Below, one piece after another: positions 1 to 11,688 of a stretch of DNA of 64,000 nucleotides. Below the pieces are notes generated by a model, which worked only from the letters and a program-made list of their open reading frames with translations, did not search any database and was not told the origin of the DNA. Each line of letters begins with the position of its first letter. Positions within the stretch are counted from its first letter, which is position 1. Source of the DNA: an uncultured Gemmatimonadales bacterium (GTDB taxonomy: Bacteria; Gemmatimonadota; Gemmatimonadetes; Gemmatimonadales; GWC2-71-9); assembly GCA_963821525.1 (NCBI GenBank), contig CAWGED010000005.1, positions 544,001 through 608,000 of the forward strand, read 5' to 3'. The position numbers were made by a program, and so were the translations under genes.

Positions 1-1102
1 GCGATCATCCCGGAGATATTGGGCGTCAACTCCCAGCGTCAGTCGAGCGGAGTTCTCATTGGCTCCGAGGTGCCGGTCGGTGGAGAACCGGGCGCCTATG
101 GCCTGCCGGTCGATGTTGACGAAGGTGCCGACGTCGGGGCCGGGGCCGGACGGCGGCGGCGTCGCGAGAGGGTTCGCCAGGTCGCGGAGCAAACCAAATA
201 CCGTGGCGGTCCATTCCGAGCGTTCGCCGTAGTGCTTGAGGGAGAGACCGAGTTGCCCCTGGGAGACGTCCTTGTCGGCGTCCCGGAGAATGTTGCCGGC
301 AGCGGCGGAGTCGGGATTCGCGAGGTATTCGGTCTGGGTCAGGGCTCCAGGATTTTCGGCCTGAGGGGCGTCAGAGTAACCGAAGCGAAGCGTTCCCGTC
401 GTGCTGGAACCGAAGATGTAGTCGGCGCCGAGGTTGAGCTGGGTGAAGTGAGAGGAGCTGTGCTGCCGGAATCCGTCATACTCGGTGTGAGAGACGCGAC
501 AAGGTGCCGCTCGCCGAGCCGGAGCGGCCGCCGGTTCGGCTCGAGACCTTCATCATCCCGAACGATCCGCCTTCTCCCCGTACGGTCTCACTGAAGGGAC
601 CCGGGCCGGGAGACTCGGTGGTGAAGGAAAGCACGCCGCCCGAGGCGTTGCCGTAGAGCGACGAGCTGGACCCGCGAAGCACTTCGACCCGCCCGATGTC
701 GCCGAGATCGAGATTGGACAACTGGCTCTGCCCGTCGGGGAGCGTCTGCGGAATCCCGTCCAGGAGGACCTTCACACCCCGCAATCCGAAGTTGGACCGA
801 CTGCCGAAGCCCCGAATCGAGAGCCGCTGATCGAGGCTGAAGTTGTATCGGTTGGTGACGTAGACGCCCGGGATGTTGCTGAGCGACTCGTCCAGTCCGA
901 GGGTCGCCTGTCCTCGCCGCACCGCTTCCTTGGGTACGACACTCACCGCCGCGGGAATCTTGCTGAGCGGCTCGGGAGTGCGGGTGACGGTGACCGTGAT
1001 TTCCGGAAGGAGCTTGGCGGAATCGGCTTGGGCCGAATCGGGTTGCTGGGCCGCGAGGCTCGTTGCACAGCACATCAAGGCAAAGCAGATACCTGCTCTC
1101 AT
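1..1102 (-). CDS. TonB-dependent receptor (5' part; runs off the window start; frameshift near 480)
   Basis: Signal peptide and plug motifs (LPEITVTVTR, SIRGFG, VLLDGIP, RVEVLRGSSSSLYG). The barrel sequence continues in another frame to position 1 (APQAENPGALT...RDLANPL). Confidence 0.85.
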
Positions 1103-1230
1103 CAACAGCCCTCTCGAATTGGGAGTCACACCATTGCGGCGGGAGCGACGACGAAGCCTACAAGTGTCTGTGCCCGACTGGAAGCGTGCTTGAATCGAGC
1201 TATCGGCGGGCCTACATTTCAAGTTCAGCT

Positions 1231-2319
1231 ATGACCACGCAAACATATCACGCACCGGACTTTACGGCGCCGCTTCTGGCCCGCGCCCCGGGCGCGCAAT
1301 TCGAGCCGATTCCCGCCGACGGAGTCCTGCCCGAAGGATTCTTCTCCACCTCGAACCTCCCGACCTACGTGCGGGTGGGCGAGCGCTGGGTGCTGCCGCG
1401 GCGTCCTCGCATGGATTGTGTCATCGTCAAGCGAGGCGACGATCTCGAGGTCATCGAACCCCGTCGTCTCAAGAAGGGCGACGCGATCGCCATGGGATTG
1501 GCGGAGGACGGCTCCCAGGGCATCTACGTTCACAGCGAAGGATTCCTCGGCGGGTCGCATAGCGCGAACGAGTTCCGCTTCATGTCCACCGAGGTGAGCC
1601 GTGAGCGCCCGGTCAACTACGAAGAGCTCGCCGCGCGGCTCAACGAGGAGAAGGCACAGGGCGGTTACCTCATCTGGGTGGCGGGACCGGCGCTGGTGCA
1701 TTCCCGCGCGCGGGGAGACTTCGAGTGGTTCATCCGCAACGGGTACGTGCAGGCGGTCCTCGCCGGCAATGCGGTCGCGGTTCACGACATCGAAGCCGCG
1801 ATCTTCGGCACCACACTGGGCATGACCAACACCGGACAGCCCACCGACGGCGGCCATGGCCTTCACATGCGGGCGATCAACCAGGTTCGGGCGCTCGGCT
1901 CCATCGAGAAGGCGGTGAAGGCAGGACTGATCAAGAGCGGCATCATGCACGCGCTCGTGACTAACAAGGTTCCGTACGTGCTCGCCGGATCGATTCGGGA
2001 CGACGGCCCTCTGCCCGGGGTCTACAGCAATTCGCTCGAGGCCCAGGACGCGATGCGGGAGCTGACCGTGCTCGCGACGGGCGCCATTCTGGTCGCATCA
2101 GCCCTGCATGCCATCGCCGTAGGGAACATGCTCCCGGCCTATCACACCAACTACGGCGGAGGCCCCACTCCGCTCATGACGATTTGCGTGGACCAGACGG
2201 AGTTTGTGGTCAACAAGCTGAAGGACCGCGGCACTCACCAGGCGTACGGCGTCGTCACCAACGCCCAGGACTTCATGCACGTGTTGCGCTTCTACGTCGA
2301 AAGGTCTTCCAATGCCTGA
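1231..2319 (+). CDS. TIGR00300-like protein (LOR/SDH conserved domain; ornithine cyclodeaminase type, resembling the ArgZ/AgrE C-terminal part)
   Basis: Motifs DGVLPEGFFSTSNLPT, RMDCVIV, FRFMSTEVSRE, GNAVAVHDIE, LAGSIRDDGPLP, KLKDRG. Confidence 0.8.
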   Translation: MTTQTYHAPDFTAPLLARAPGAQFEPIPADGVLPEGFFSTSNLPTYVRVGERWVLPRRPRMDCVIVKRGDDLEVIEPRRLKKGDAIAMGLAEDGSQGIYVHSEGFLGGSHSANEFRFMSTEVSRERPVNYEELAARLNEEKAQGGYLIWVAGPALVHSRARGDFEWFIRNGYVQAVLAGNAVAVHDIEAAIFGTTLGMTNTGQPTDGGHGLHMRAINQVRALGSIEKAVKAGLIKSGIMHALVTNKVPYVLAGSIRDDGPLPGVYSNSLEAQDAMRELTVLATGAILVASALHAIAVGNMLPAYHTNYGGGPTPLMTICVDQTEFVVNKLKDRGTHQAYGVVTNAQDFMHVLRFYVERSSNA

Positions 2320-2707
2320 GAGCGGCATCCTCAACCGCCCCGGCTCCGGCTGGGATCGACTGGCCGCAGCGGTGGCCGGCGCCATGCCCGCGAGCGAAAT
2401 CGAAGCCGTCTGGCTGTTCCGCACGCTCCGGCGCGAAGGCACCGAGTGGGGGACGGCGCTGGTCGCCCGGGTGGATGGCGAGGAGCGGGAGCGGCGGCGG
2501 ATCTACACCGCCCGGTTCCAGCACGTCCTCAAGGGCAAGGAGCGGGGCAAATTCGAGTGGGCGCTGGAGGAAGTCGGGAGCGGGCCGGTCGATACCATCG
2601 GAGACATCATCGCCGGGGTTCGCAAACGGATGGACGATGACGACCCCCGGCCGGTGACGCCCGCCGAGTGGCTCCCGCCTGTCGATGCCGCGCCTCGAGA
2701 AGGATGA
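2312..2707 (+). CDS. hypothetical protein
   Basis: 131-aa ORF that overlaps both neighbours as in an operon, with host-like codon usage. Confidence 0.65.
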   Translation: MPESGILNRPGSGWDRLAAAVAGAMPASEIEAVWLFRTLRREGTEWGTALVARVDGEERERRRIYTARFQHVLKGKERGKFEWALEEVGSGPVDTIGDIIAGVRKRMDDDDPRPVTPAEWLPPVDAAPREG

Positions 2708-3154
2708 AGCGGCGGTCCTGCTCGACCGCTTCCGCCGCTATCTGAAAGACCATCATCATCCGGTGACGAGGCAACGCGACCTCGTCGCCGAAGTCGTCTT
2801 CCTCTCCGGTGGGCACCTCTCGGTCGAAGAGATCCAGCGCCAGCTCACCGACCGCGGCGAGACCGTCGGACTCGCCACGATCTATCGCACACTCGAAGTG
2901 CTGGTGAAGAGCGGGCTGGTGCGGGCCCATGATTTCGGCCAGGGATTCCGGCGCTACGAAGCCATGTCTGCCCAGGCCGACCATGAACACCTGATCTGCG
3001 TGCGCTGCGGCCGGGTGGATGAGTTCGCCAACGAGCGGCTGGAACGAATGCTGGGCATCATCGCCGACGAGCACAGTTCCAGCATCAACGGCATCGGGTT
3101 TTACGGGTATGCCGGGATTGTCAGAGGAGTTTACCAGTGAGCTGTGAGCAGTGA
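2685..3154 (+). CDS. Fur-family transcriptional regulator (C-terminal frameshift)
   Basis: TRQR, HLSVEE, GLATIYRTL, HEHLICVRCG. The second CxxC (CRDC) lies in another frame ending at 3154. Confidence 0.88.
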
Positions 3155-3269
3155 GCGTAGCGGGATGTGCGGTCGAGCGCGACCGGGCGGCATGACTCGG
3201 GAGCCTGACCCGCAGGCTGAGCTGCGGGCCGCGGATTCCGCTACCGCCACCGCTACCGCTACCTCGGCC

Positions 3270-3992
3270 ATGAGCGAACCCACGCTTGGGTTGGTCGCCT
3301 TCACGGCAGGCCTGCTGAGCTTTCTCTCGCCCTGTGTGCTGCCGCTGGTCCCCTCGTACATCGGATTCCTCACCGGCCTGACGCTCGACGAGATGAGCTC
3401 GCGGCGGCGGGTGGCGCTGCTGCATGCCTCCCTCTTCATCATCGGCTTCACCATCATCTTCATGCTGTTCGGCGCCTCCGCCACGGCGCTGGGGCGGGTG
3501 CTCAAGTTCCACGAGGTGTGGCTGCAGCGGATCGGTGGCATCCTGATCATCGTCTTCGGCCTGGTCTGCCTCGGCGTGTTCCGCTTCTCCTTCCTGCAGC
3601 AGGAACGCCGGCTTCACCTGCAGGACAAACCGCTGGGCTATCTCGGATCGGTTTTCGTGGGGATGGCCTTCGCGGCGGGATGGACGCCCTGCATCGGGCC
3701 GATTCTGGGCGGGATCTACGCTCTGGCCGCGGCCTCCGACAGCCTGGGCCGTGGCATGCTCCTGCTGGCCGCGTACTCGGCCGGTCTCGCGGTGCCGTTT
3801 CTCATCGCGGCCTTCGCGGTGAACGCCTTCCTCGACTGGTTCCAGCGCTTCCGGAAATTTCTGCCCTGGGTGATGAAGGTGAGCGGGGCGCTGCTGGTGA
3901 TCGTTGGCGTGATGCTGTTGACTGGACAGTTCACCCGGATTGCTACCTGGCTGCAGGGGTTTACCCCCGAGGGACTGCTCGAGCGGCTCTGA
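3270..3992 (+). CDS. ccdA: cytochrome c biogenesis protein CcdA
   Basis: SFLSPCVLPLVP and GWTPCIGPILG motifs; multiple TM helices. Confidence 0.92.
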   Translation: MSEPTLGLVAFTAGLLSFLSPCVLPLVPSYIGFLTGLTLDEMSSRRRVALLHASLFIIGFTIIFMLFGASATALGRVLKFHEVWLQRIGGILIIVFGLVCLGVFRFSFLQQERRLHLQDKPLGYLGSVFVGMAFAAGWTPCIGPILGGIYALAAASDSLGRGMLLLAAYSAGLAVPFLIAAFAVNAFLDWFQRFRKFLPWVMKVSGALLVIVGVMLLTGQFTRIATWLQGFTPEGLLERL

Positions 3993-4005
3993 TCCCAAGG
4001 GGATG

Positions 4006-4090
4006 GAAGATTGAAGATTTCAGATTGAAGATTGACACTCGACTGTTCACCTGCGGTTCAATCTTCAATCTGAAATCTGAAATCTGAAAT
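4006..4090. repeat. inverted heptamer arrays (gaagatt/tcagatt x4 vs aatcttc/aatctga x4); hairpin between convergent genes
   Basis: Read directly from the sequence. Confidence 0.85.
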
Positions 4091-4093
4091 CGC

Positions 4094-5856
4094 TCAATTC
4101 CCAACAGCTCCAGCCTCCACCTCCTCCTCCAACTGCTGCCTATGCAGCAGATCCCGATACCTTCCGCCCCTCCGCATCAACTCGGCATGGGTCCCCTGTT
4201 CCACGATCACGTCCCTCATCGAGCACCAGGATCCAGTCCGCGTCGCGCACGGCGGTGAGGCGGTGGGAGACGATGATGCTGGTCCGGCCGCGTAACGCAT
4301 CGCGCAGGCCGTGGAGAATCTTCGCCTCGGTCTGACCATCCACCGCACTGAGCGCGTCATCCAGCACGAAGACCGGAGGGTCCTGGGCCAGGGCTCTCGC
4401 GATGGCGGCTCGCTGCTTCTGGCCGCCCGAGAGATTGACGCCCCGTTCGCCGAGCATCGTGTCGATGCCCTGGGGCAGGACAGGGAGCGCCTCGCTCAGC
4501 TGGGCGGTTTCGACCACGCCTGACAGCCGGCCGTCGTCCGGGGCGCCGAGCAGGATGTTGTTCCGAAGCGTCTCGCTGAAGAGGAAGGTCTCCTGGGGCA
4601 CAAAGCCGATCGCCTCACGCAGGTCCTCCAGCTCAGGTCGCGAATATCCACGCCGTCGATGAGGACCCGTCCCCGATCCGGGTCGTAGGCCCGGGGCAGC
4701 AATTCGACCAGCGTAGACTTTCCCGATCCCGTCGCCCCGACGATGGCGAGTGAGCGCCCCGCCTCGACGGTGAAGTCGATGTCCTGGAGTACCCAGCCAC
4801 GCTCCGGGGCGTTGGGGTAGCGGAACCAGACCCCTTCGTATTTCACGGTGCGGCCACCGCGGGCCTCGGGGAGCCGGGACGCGGCTGCCGGCGAGACAAT
4901 AGCGGGCTGCTCCTGGAGGAGTGCCAGCAGGCGGCCCATCGAGGCTTCACCCCGTTGAACCAGGTTGACGACCCAGCCCAGCGCGATCATCGGCCAAACC
5001 AGGATGACCAGGTAGACCCCGAAAGCGACGAACTCGCCGACCGTGACGGTTCCGGCCACCACGAGCGATCCGCCGATGTACAGCACCGCGGCGCCGCCCA
5101 GTCCCCCGAGCAGTGCAAGGATCGGGTGAAATGCCCCGGCAACCCGGGCCAACGCGATGTTGCGCCGGGCGTACTCCTCGTTTAGTCTGCGGAAGTTGAC
5201 CGCTTCCGCCCGCTCCTGCTGGTAGGCCCGGATGATCCGGACGCCGGAAATATTCTCGTGGGCGGCACTGGTGAGATCGCTGTACTGCGCCTGGATCGCG
5301 AGGGTGCGCCGATGGATCGCCTGGCCGAAGAAGACCATGACGATCGGCAGCGCGATGAGGGGCAGGAGCGCCAGCCCCGTCAGCCGCGGGCTGATGTGGA
5401 TCATGTACGGCAGCACCAGGCAGGTGCGGACGATGGTGTCCACGAAGTACATGAGCGCCGGGCCTGCGACCATGCGTACCGCGAGCAGGTCGTTGGTGGC
5501 CCGGGCCATGATATCGCCGGTGGGCATCCGGTCGTAGAACGAGGCGGAAAGGACTTGGAGGTGCTGGAAGAGCCGGTCACGCAGGTCGGTTTCGACCCGG
5601 CGACTCACGCCGTTGAGCAGCTCGCGCATGCCGTAACGCGCGACGCCGCCGACCGCCGCGATGGCGAGCAGGAGGGCAATCTCGTGCCGGACCAGCGCGA
5701 ACGATCCACCAGTTTCCAGGCGCATCGATCCCGCGCTGCAGATAACGCGGCACGAGCGTTGCAAAGAAGTTGGAGACGACGACGAGCGCGAGCCCCCCGG
5801 CGAAGGTCGCACCGGTAGGGACGCATCGCGGGGAGCAGGTGACGCAGGTTCTTCAT
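4094..5856 (-). CDS. ABC exporter, fused permease and ATPase (MdlA/MsbA-like; several frameshifts)
   Basis: TM domain, Walker A GATGSGKS, signature LSGGQKQR and Walker B LDDALSAVD, spread over successive frames. Confidence 0.9.
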
Positions 5857-5915
5857 GGGTGGAATGTCACAATGCCCCAACCGATGAGCAAGTCAATTCT
5901 TTGGAGGAAGGGACC

Positions 5916-6693
5916 ATGACCAGATCCATCGCAGCCGGCCTGGCGCTGCTCGCGCTGGTGGCGTGCGGTAAAGGGGCTGGAGACAAGACCGCGGCGGCCG
6001 ACAGCCTCAACCGCGATCTGCAACTCGCCCCGGCCGAATCCACCATGGCGCTGAGCGACACGGCGATGAGCAATGCGCCGCAGCCCGCTCCGGCCCGCTG
6101 CCCCAGCCCCGGCTCCTGCCAAGCCCAAGCCGAAACCGGCGGCGCCTGCGGCTCCGGTGATGACCAGCGTGACCATTCCCGCGGGTACGGTAGTGCATCT
6201 CGCTTCCAACGACTCCCTGCATTCCCGTCATGACAAGGCGGGCAAGATCATCACCGCCAACGTGACCCAGGACGTGAAGGACGCGAAAGGGAACGTCGGC
6301 ATTCCGGCGGGCGCTGTGGTCACCTTCAAGGTGGTCGAGCTCGAGCCTGCGAAGAGCAAGAGCGCCAAGGACGGGACGCTCACTCTCTCAGTGCAGGATG
6401 TGAGCGTCAACGGGAAGAGCATCAACATTGCGGCCAACGTCGATTCGGTCGAGCATACGCTGCAAGGCCAGGGGGTAACCGCGGGCGGCGCAGCCCGGGT
6501 CGGCGGTGGTGCCGCCGCCGGAGCCATCGGTGGCAAGATCATCGGAGGGAAGACCGGCGCCATCATCGGCGGTATCGTTGGTGGAGCGGCGGGCACGGCC
6601 GTGGCGGTCCAGACCGCCGACCGGGACGTGGTCGTGACGCCGGGTGCCGCGATCGTGATAACCCTTTCGAGCGACGTGACGGTGCAGAAATAG
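5916..6693 (+). CDS. lipoprotein with Pro-rich linker and glycine-zipper C-terminus (frameshift near 6095)
   Basis: Lipobox LVAC; TIPAGT...; GAAAGAIGG...IGGIVGGAAGTAVA. Confidence 0.75.
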
Positions 6694-6697
6694 CCGG

Positions 6698-6807
6698 CAG
6701 CCATCAGCCGTCAGCAGTTCGTCAACAAGAAACCCTCCGGAGCAACGCACCGGAGGGTTTCTTGTCTGCGGAATAGCCGACCGCTGACGGCTGACGGCTG
6801 ACGGCTG
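6698..6807. terminator. bidirectional hairpin terminator flanked by cagccgt/gctgacg heptamers
   Basis: acaagaaaccctccgg-loop-ccggagggtttcttgt at about 6725-6765, between convergent genes. Confidence 0.8.
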
Positions 6808-8555
6808 CTAGTACCCCGACCCTCCGCCCCCACCCCTCGGGTCGCTCACGCCCTCCCAGCCGCTCGGCATCCGAATGATCGCCTCGACATCGCCCCAGCC
6901 TCCGCGGTACTGGATGCCATGGCCCAGCCGCTCCAGCTCGGCGATCGCCGCGGGCTGGAATCCACCCCGCTCGAGACGAATCGAATCCGGCAGCGCCTGA
7001 TGGTGCATCCGCGGCGCGGCAACCGCGTCGGCCAGCGCCATGTGGTGATCGATGACGTTGGAGATCACGTGGTACACCTGGGTGATGATCGTGGGCCCGC
7101 CCGGAGTTCCGACCACCATGAACAGTTTCCCGGCGGAGTCGAGGACCACACTCGGCGTCATGGCCGACAGCATCCGTTTGCCCGGCGCGATCGAGTTCGC
7201 CTCGCCCTGAATGAGGCCGTAGCCGTTCGGCTTCCCGGGTGCCGTCGTGAAGTCGTCCATCTCGTCGTTGAGCAGGAACCCGGCGCCGGAAACCGCCACC
7301 GCGCTGCCATAGCTGTCGTTGAGCGTCGTGGTACAGCTCACGGCGTTCCCCAGCGAGTCAACCACCGAATAGTGCGTGGTGGAGGTTCCGTCGCGGAGGC
7401 TGGGGTCGAAGGGCGGCGGTCGGGGTCGCGTGATGCGGATCAATCTGCTGCCGCAGCGTGGCCGCGTACTCCTTCGACAAGAGCCGATCGAGCGGCATTT
7501 TCACGAAGCCGGGGTCGCCGAGGTAGATGTTGCGATCGGTGAAGGCCCGGCGCATCGCTTCCGCTTCGCGGTGCAGGAGCGCCGCGGAGCCGAAGGGGGG
7601 CAGGGCTCCGTATCCCTCCATGATGTTGAGAATCAGCGCCAGCGTGACGCCGCCCGAGTGACGCCGGCGGCATCGAGTAGATGGTGTACCCGCGGTACTC
7701 GATCTTGATCGGATCCCGCCAGATGGCACGGTACGCGGCCAGGTCGGCCAGGCTGATGAGCCCACCGCCGCGATCCATCTCCGCTACGATCGAGTCGGCG
7801 ACCCAGCCCTTGTAGAAGCCATCCGCCCCGTGATCCCGGATCGCGGTCGAGGGTCTTGCCCAGATCGGCCTGCACCAGGGTCGATCCCGGGGCAGGGGCG
7901 CGGCCGCTGTCGGGCAGGAAGTAGCGGCGCGAGGCGGCGAAGGTGTAGAGCCAGGCGCGATAGTTGTCGATCGACCTGCTGCGGTGGTCATCCACGACGA
8001 AGCCCTCGCTCGCCAGCTTGATCGCGGGCTCGATCACGGTCGCGAACGGAAGCTTGCCGAACTTGCTGATGCGCCTCGACCAGTCCCGCCACCGACCCGG
8101 GGACTCCCGCGGCGAGAGCGCCCTTGTCCGAGAGGCCGGTCGGATCGCCGGCCCGATCGAGATACATGTCGTGGGACGCGCGGCCGGGCGCTGCTTCGCG
8201 ATAGTCGAGCGCCGCGGTCGTGCCATCCGCCATCCGGAAGACCATGAAGCCGCCGCCGCCCAGGTTGCCCGCCTCGGGATGCACCACCGCGAGCGCGAAG
8301 CCCACCGCCACGGCCGCATCCACCGCATTGCCTCCCGGCTCGGAGGATGTCGCGCCCCACCTCGCTCGCGATCGGGCTGCCCGACACGACCATCGCCTGG
8401 TTGCCTTCGGCCACGCGCGCCTTGCCGGCCAACCGCCAGGTCGGGTTGATCCCGGAACTCGGCCCCGCGGGTGCGGGAGCAGACGAGGGCGTGGACGAGC
8501 CGCAGCCGGCCAGAACAGCGGAGGCGAGGACCAGAGGAAGCAGGCGCAGATGCAC
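6808..8555 (-). CDS. ggt: gamma-glutamyltransferase (lipoprotein; several frameshifts)
   Basis: DAAVAVGFALAVVHPEAGNLGGGGF, autocatalytic TTHYSVVD, LNDEMDDF, KRMLSAMTP, GTPGG. Confidence 0.92.
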
Positions 8556-8652
8556 GGATGCCTCGAAGGAAAGGAAGAGTCGGTTGCCGAGGGGAACTGG
8601 GTCGCCCAAATTTAGCTCCGCTCCCCGCGTCATGCCTTATTCACTCCCACGG

Positions 8653-9572
8653 GTGGATTCCTCCATCGATCCCCGGCTTACCGAGCGCCGCAACCCCCGC
8701 ACGACCGGCATCGACCGGGCCTCCGCGCTCGAGATCGTAGACCTGATCGCGGCGGAGGATGCCGACCGTCCCCGCCGCCGTCGCCCGGGCCCGCGAGGAG
8801 CTTGCCGCGCAGCATCGAGATGGTCGAGGCCGCCTTCCGCACGGGGCGGCCGGCTGCTCTACGTCGGCGCCGGAACCAGCGGGAGGCTCGGCGTGCTGGA
8901 CGCAGCCGAGTGCCCTCCCACGTTTGGCACCGATCCCGAGATGGTGGTGGGTATCATCGCGGGCGGATACCGGGCACTGGTACGCTCGGTCGAAGGTGCC
9001 GAGGACGATGTCAACGCGGGCATCGGCGAGATGGACGCCCAGCGGGTCGGCCCCAACGACGTGGTGATGGGGATCGCGGCCAGCGGCACGACGCCCTTTG
9101 TCCGAGCGGCCCTGGGGCGGGCTCAGGCACTCGGCGCCCGCACGATTTTCCTTTCCTGCAGCTGAGCCGCCCGGCTCTGCTCAAAGAGACCTGTGATATC
9201 TGCCTGACCATCCTGGTCGGTCCCGAGGTGATTACCGGCTCCACCAGGATGAAGGCCGGGACCGCCACCAAGCTCGCGCTCAATACCATCACGACCGGGG
9301 CCATGGTCCGGCTGGGGAAGACCTACGGCAACCTGATGGTGGACCTCAAGGCCTGGAACGACAAGCTCGCCGACCGCTCGGAACGCATCGTGATGGAAAC
9401 GACGGGGAGTGACCGCGCCGCTGCCCGCGCCGCGCTCGAAGCGGCGGAAGGAGGCGTCAAGACCGCCATCGTCATGGTGAAGCTCGGCGTAGGGCGGGGA
9501 GAGGCGGAGCGGCTGATCGACGAGCACATGGGCCGCCTGCGCGACTTGCTGGGCGATCCGCCCGACGCGTGA
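8653..9572 (+). CDS. murQ: N-acetylmuramic acid 6-phosphate etherase (frameshifted)
   Basis: TERRNP, GAGTSGRLGVLDAAECPPTFG, GPEVITGSTRMKAGTATK. Confidence 0.93.
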
Positions 9573-9579
9573 GCGCCGA

Positions 9580-10731
9580 GTGAGCGAGCACGCGACGCTG
9601 GCCGTTGGTCTCATGTCGGGCACCTCGCTCGACGGCATTGATGCGGCACTGGTCCGCTTCCGCGGGCCGACCCACTGCGACCTGCTCGCACTTCGTCACC
9701 CGGCCCTACGCCTCCCCGGAGCAGAGCGCGATTCTCGCAGGGGATCAACGGGGCCCGAGCCCCGGACCTTGCCAGGCTTCACACCCAGCTGAGCCTCTGG
9801 AGCGCGGAGGCGGTAGAAACGCTCCTCGCCGAATCCAGGGTGCGGGCCTCCGATCTCGGGTTCATCGCGATGCACGGCCAGACCATCTGGCACGAGCCGC
9901 CGCTGGTCTCCTGGCAGCTGGGCGAACCCGCGGTGCTGGCGGAACGATTCGGAGTTCGGGTGGTGAGCAATTTCCGCTCGCGCGACGTGGCCGCGGGCGG
10001 GCAGGGGGCTCCGCTCGTTCCGATCGCCGACCTGCTGCTGTTCGGCGATCCGGAACATCCACGGGTCCTGCTCAACATCGGTGGCATGGCGAATCTCACC
10101 TACGTTCCCCGCCGTGCGCGTGGAAGAAGGTGCGTTCGCGTTCGATACCGGGCCGGGGATGGCCCTGGTGGATGGACTGGCGCGGAAGGCGAACCCGGGG
10201 AGCCGATTCGATGAGGACGGACGGCTGGCCCGACAGGGTGCGGTGAACGAGCGATTGCTGGACCAGTTGCTGCGCGATGACTATTTCGCGGCACCACCCC
10301 CGAAGAGCACCGGGCGCGAGCGTTTCGATATGTCACTCGTCGAACGGATCGCGCGCGAGGCTCCCGGTGCGGACGGGGTGGCGACCGCAGTCGAGCTGAC
10401 CGTGCGATCCATCGTGGATGCGTTCGCTCGCTGGGTGCCGGGCACGCCGGAGGTGCTGGTCTCTGGTGGTGGAGTGCATCACCCGGTGCTGATGGAACGG
10501 CTGGAGGGCGGCCTGGAGGGAAGGGGATGCACGCTGCGCCGGTTTCACGAGGTGTTTTTCGACGGAGACGCGAAGGAAGCCGTGGCGTTCGCGCTCCTCG
10601 GTTACCTCGCGATCCATGGCCAGCCGGGCAATCTCCCTGCGGCCACGGGGGCGAGCGGGCATCGGGTGCTGGGGCAGGTGACGCCGGTAGCCGTAGCGTC
10701 AATTGCCAATTTGCAATTGTGCAATTTGTAA
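9580..10731 (+). CDS. anmK: anhydro-N-acetylmuramic acid kinase (frameshifted)
   Basis: GLMSGTSLDGIDAA, HGQT, DVAAGGQGAPLVP, LNIGG, FDTGPG, PKSTGRE, KEAVAFA. Confidence 0.93.
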
Positions 10732-10809
10732 TTGAGCCCTCGTCTCGTCATCCGCGCTCTCCGCGTCTCCGCGGTGCTTGTGTCGCCCGTTTCTTCCGCT
10801 GCATCAGTC

Positions 10810-10887
10810 GTTTCACATTGTGGAGACCGATAATTGGCCTCTTGACGTGATTCTCATCACGCGCAACATTAGCCCACATTGTGAAAC
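10810..10887 (+). promoter_or_regulatory. putative promoter with two palindromic operators (core CACATTGTG) upstream of the IclR gene
   Basis: GTTTCACATTGTGGAGAC at 10810-10827 and CCCACATTGTGAAAC at 10873-10887 flank TTGACG (10842)-17 bp-AACATT (10865). Confidence 0.6.
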
Positions 10888-11688
10888 AGCGTGCCACAAA
10901 ATCACGCCGGCCCTTGGGTGGAACCCAGGCCGTAAGGCGGGCGCTTGCGGTCCTCGGGGCGTTCACCGATCAAACACCTGAATGGGGGCTCGCCGATCTC
11001 TCGCGGTCCCTCCACCTGACCAAGAGCACGACGCTGCGCCTGCTCGGCGCGCTGGAACGCGAGGGCCTGCTCTCGCGCTTCGGGCCCAACGGGTCCTATC
11101 GCCTCGGTCCGACCGCGATCGAGCTTGGCGCGCGAGCCCAGCGGGTCCATAGTCTCCCCGGTACCGCACGCGCCGAGTTGCTGCGCCTGGCCCGCGCGAC
11201 CGGTGAGACCACGAGTCTCGAAGTCCTGATCGGCAATGAAATCCTGATTCTGGACGAAGTTCTCGGCACCCACCTGGTAGGCCGGTCGTCTTCCATCGGC
11301 ACCCGGTGGCCTGCCCATGCCGCCTCGACCGGCAAGGTGCTGCTCGCGGCGGCACGTCAGGGCAACGTCGAGACCTGGCAGGGTGCCCTGCTCGATATCA
11401 CCCCTCGAACTGGAGCAGTATACGCCGCGCACCATCACCTCTCGGCAAAAGTTCGACGCAGAGCTGAATCGAGTCGCGAAGCTGGGATATGCCACGGCCA
11501 TCGGCGAGCTCGAGGCGGGGTACGTCGCGATCGGTGCACCGATCCGCAATAACGCCCAGCACGTCGTCGCCGCGATCTGTGTCGGCGGCCCCTCGAACCG
11601 GCTCACCGAGGCGAGAATCCCCGCTCTCGCGGCCGAGTTGCGCCAGTCGGCCGATCGAATCTCCCGGCAGCTCGGAGCCCGCTTGTGA
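10881..11688 (+). CDS. IclR-family transcriptional regulator (frameshift near 11400)
   Basis: HTH (AVRRALAVL...KSTTLRLL...YRLGP), ASTGKVLLA, and GYA...E...AIGAPI. Confidence 0.9.

Noticed and set aside
3144..3269. N-terminal ATATATAT extension of CcdA
   Set aside because: It derives from a ccgcta/ccgcca hexamer run upstream of the likely ATG at 3270, where CcdA similarity begins.
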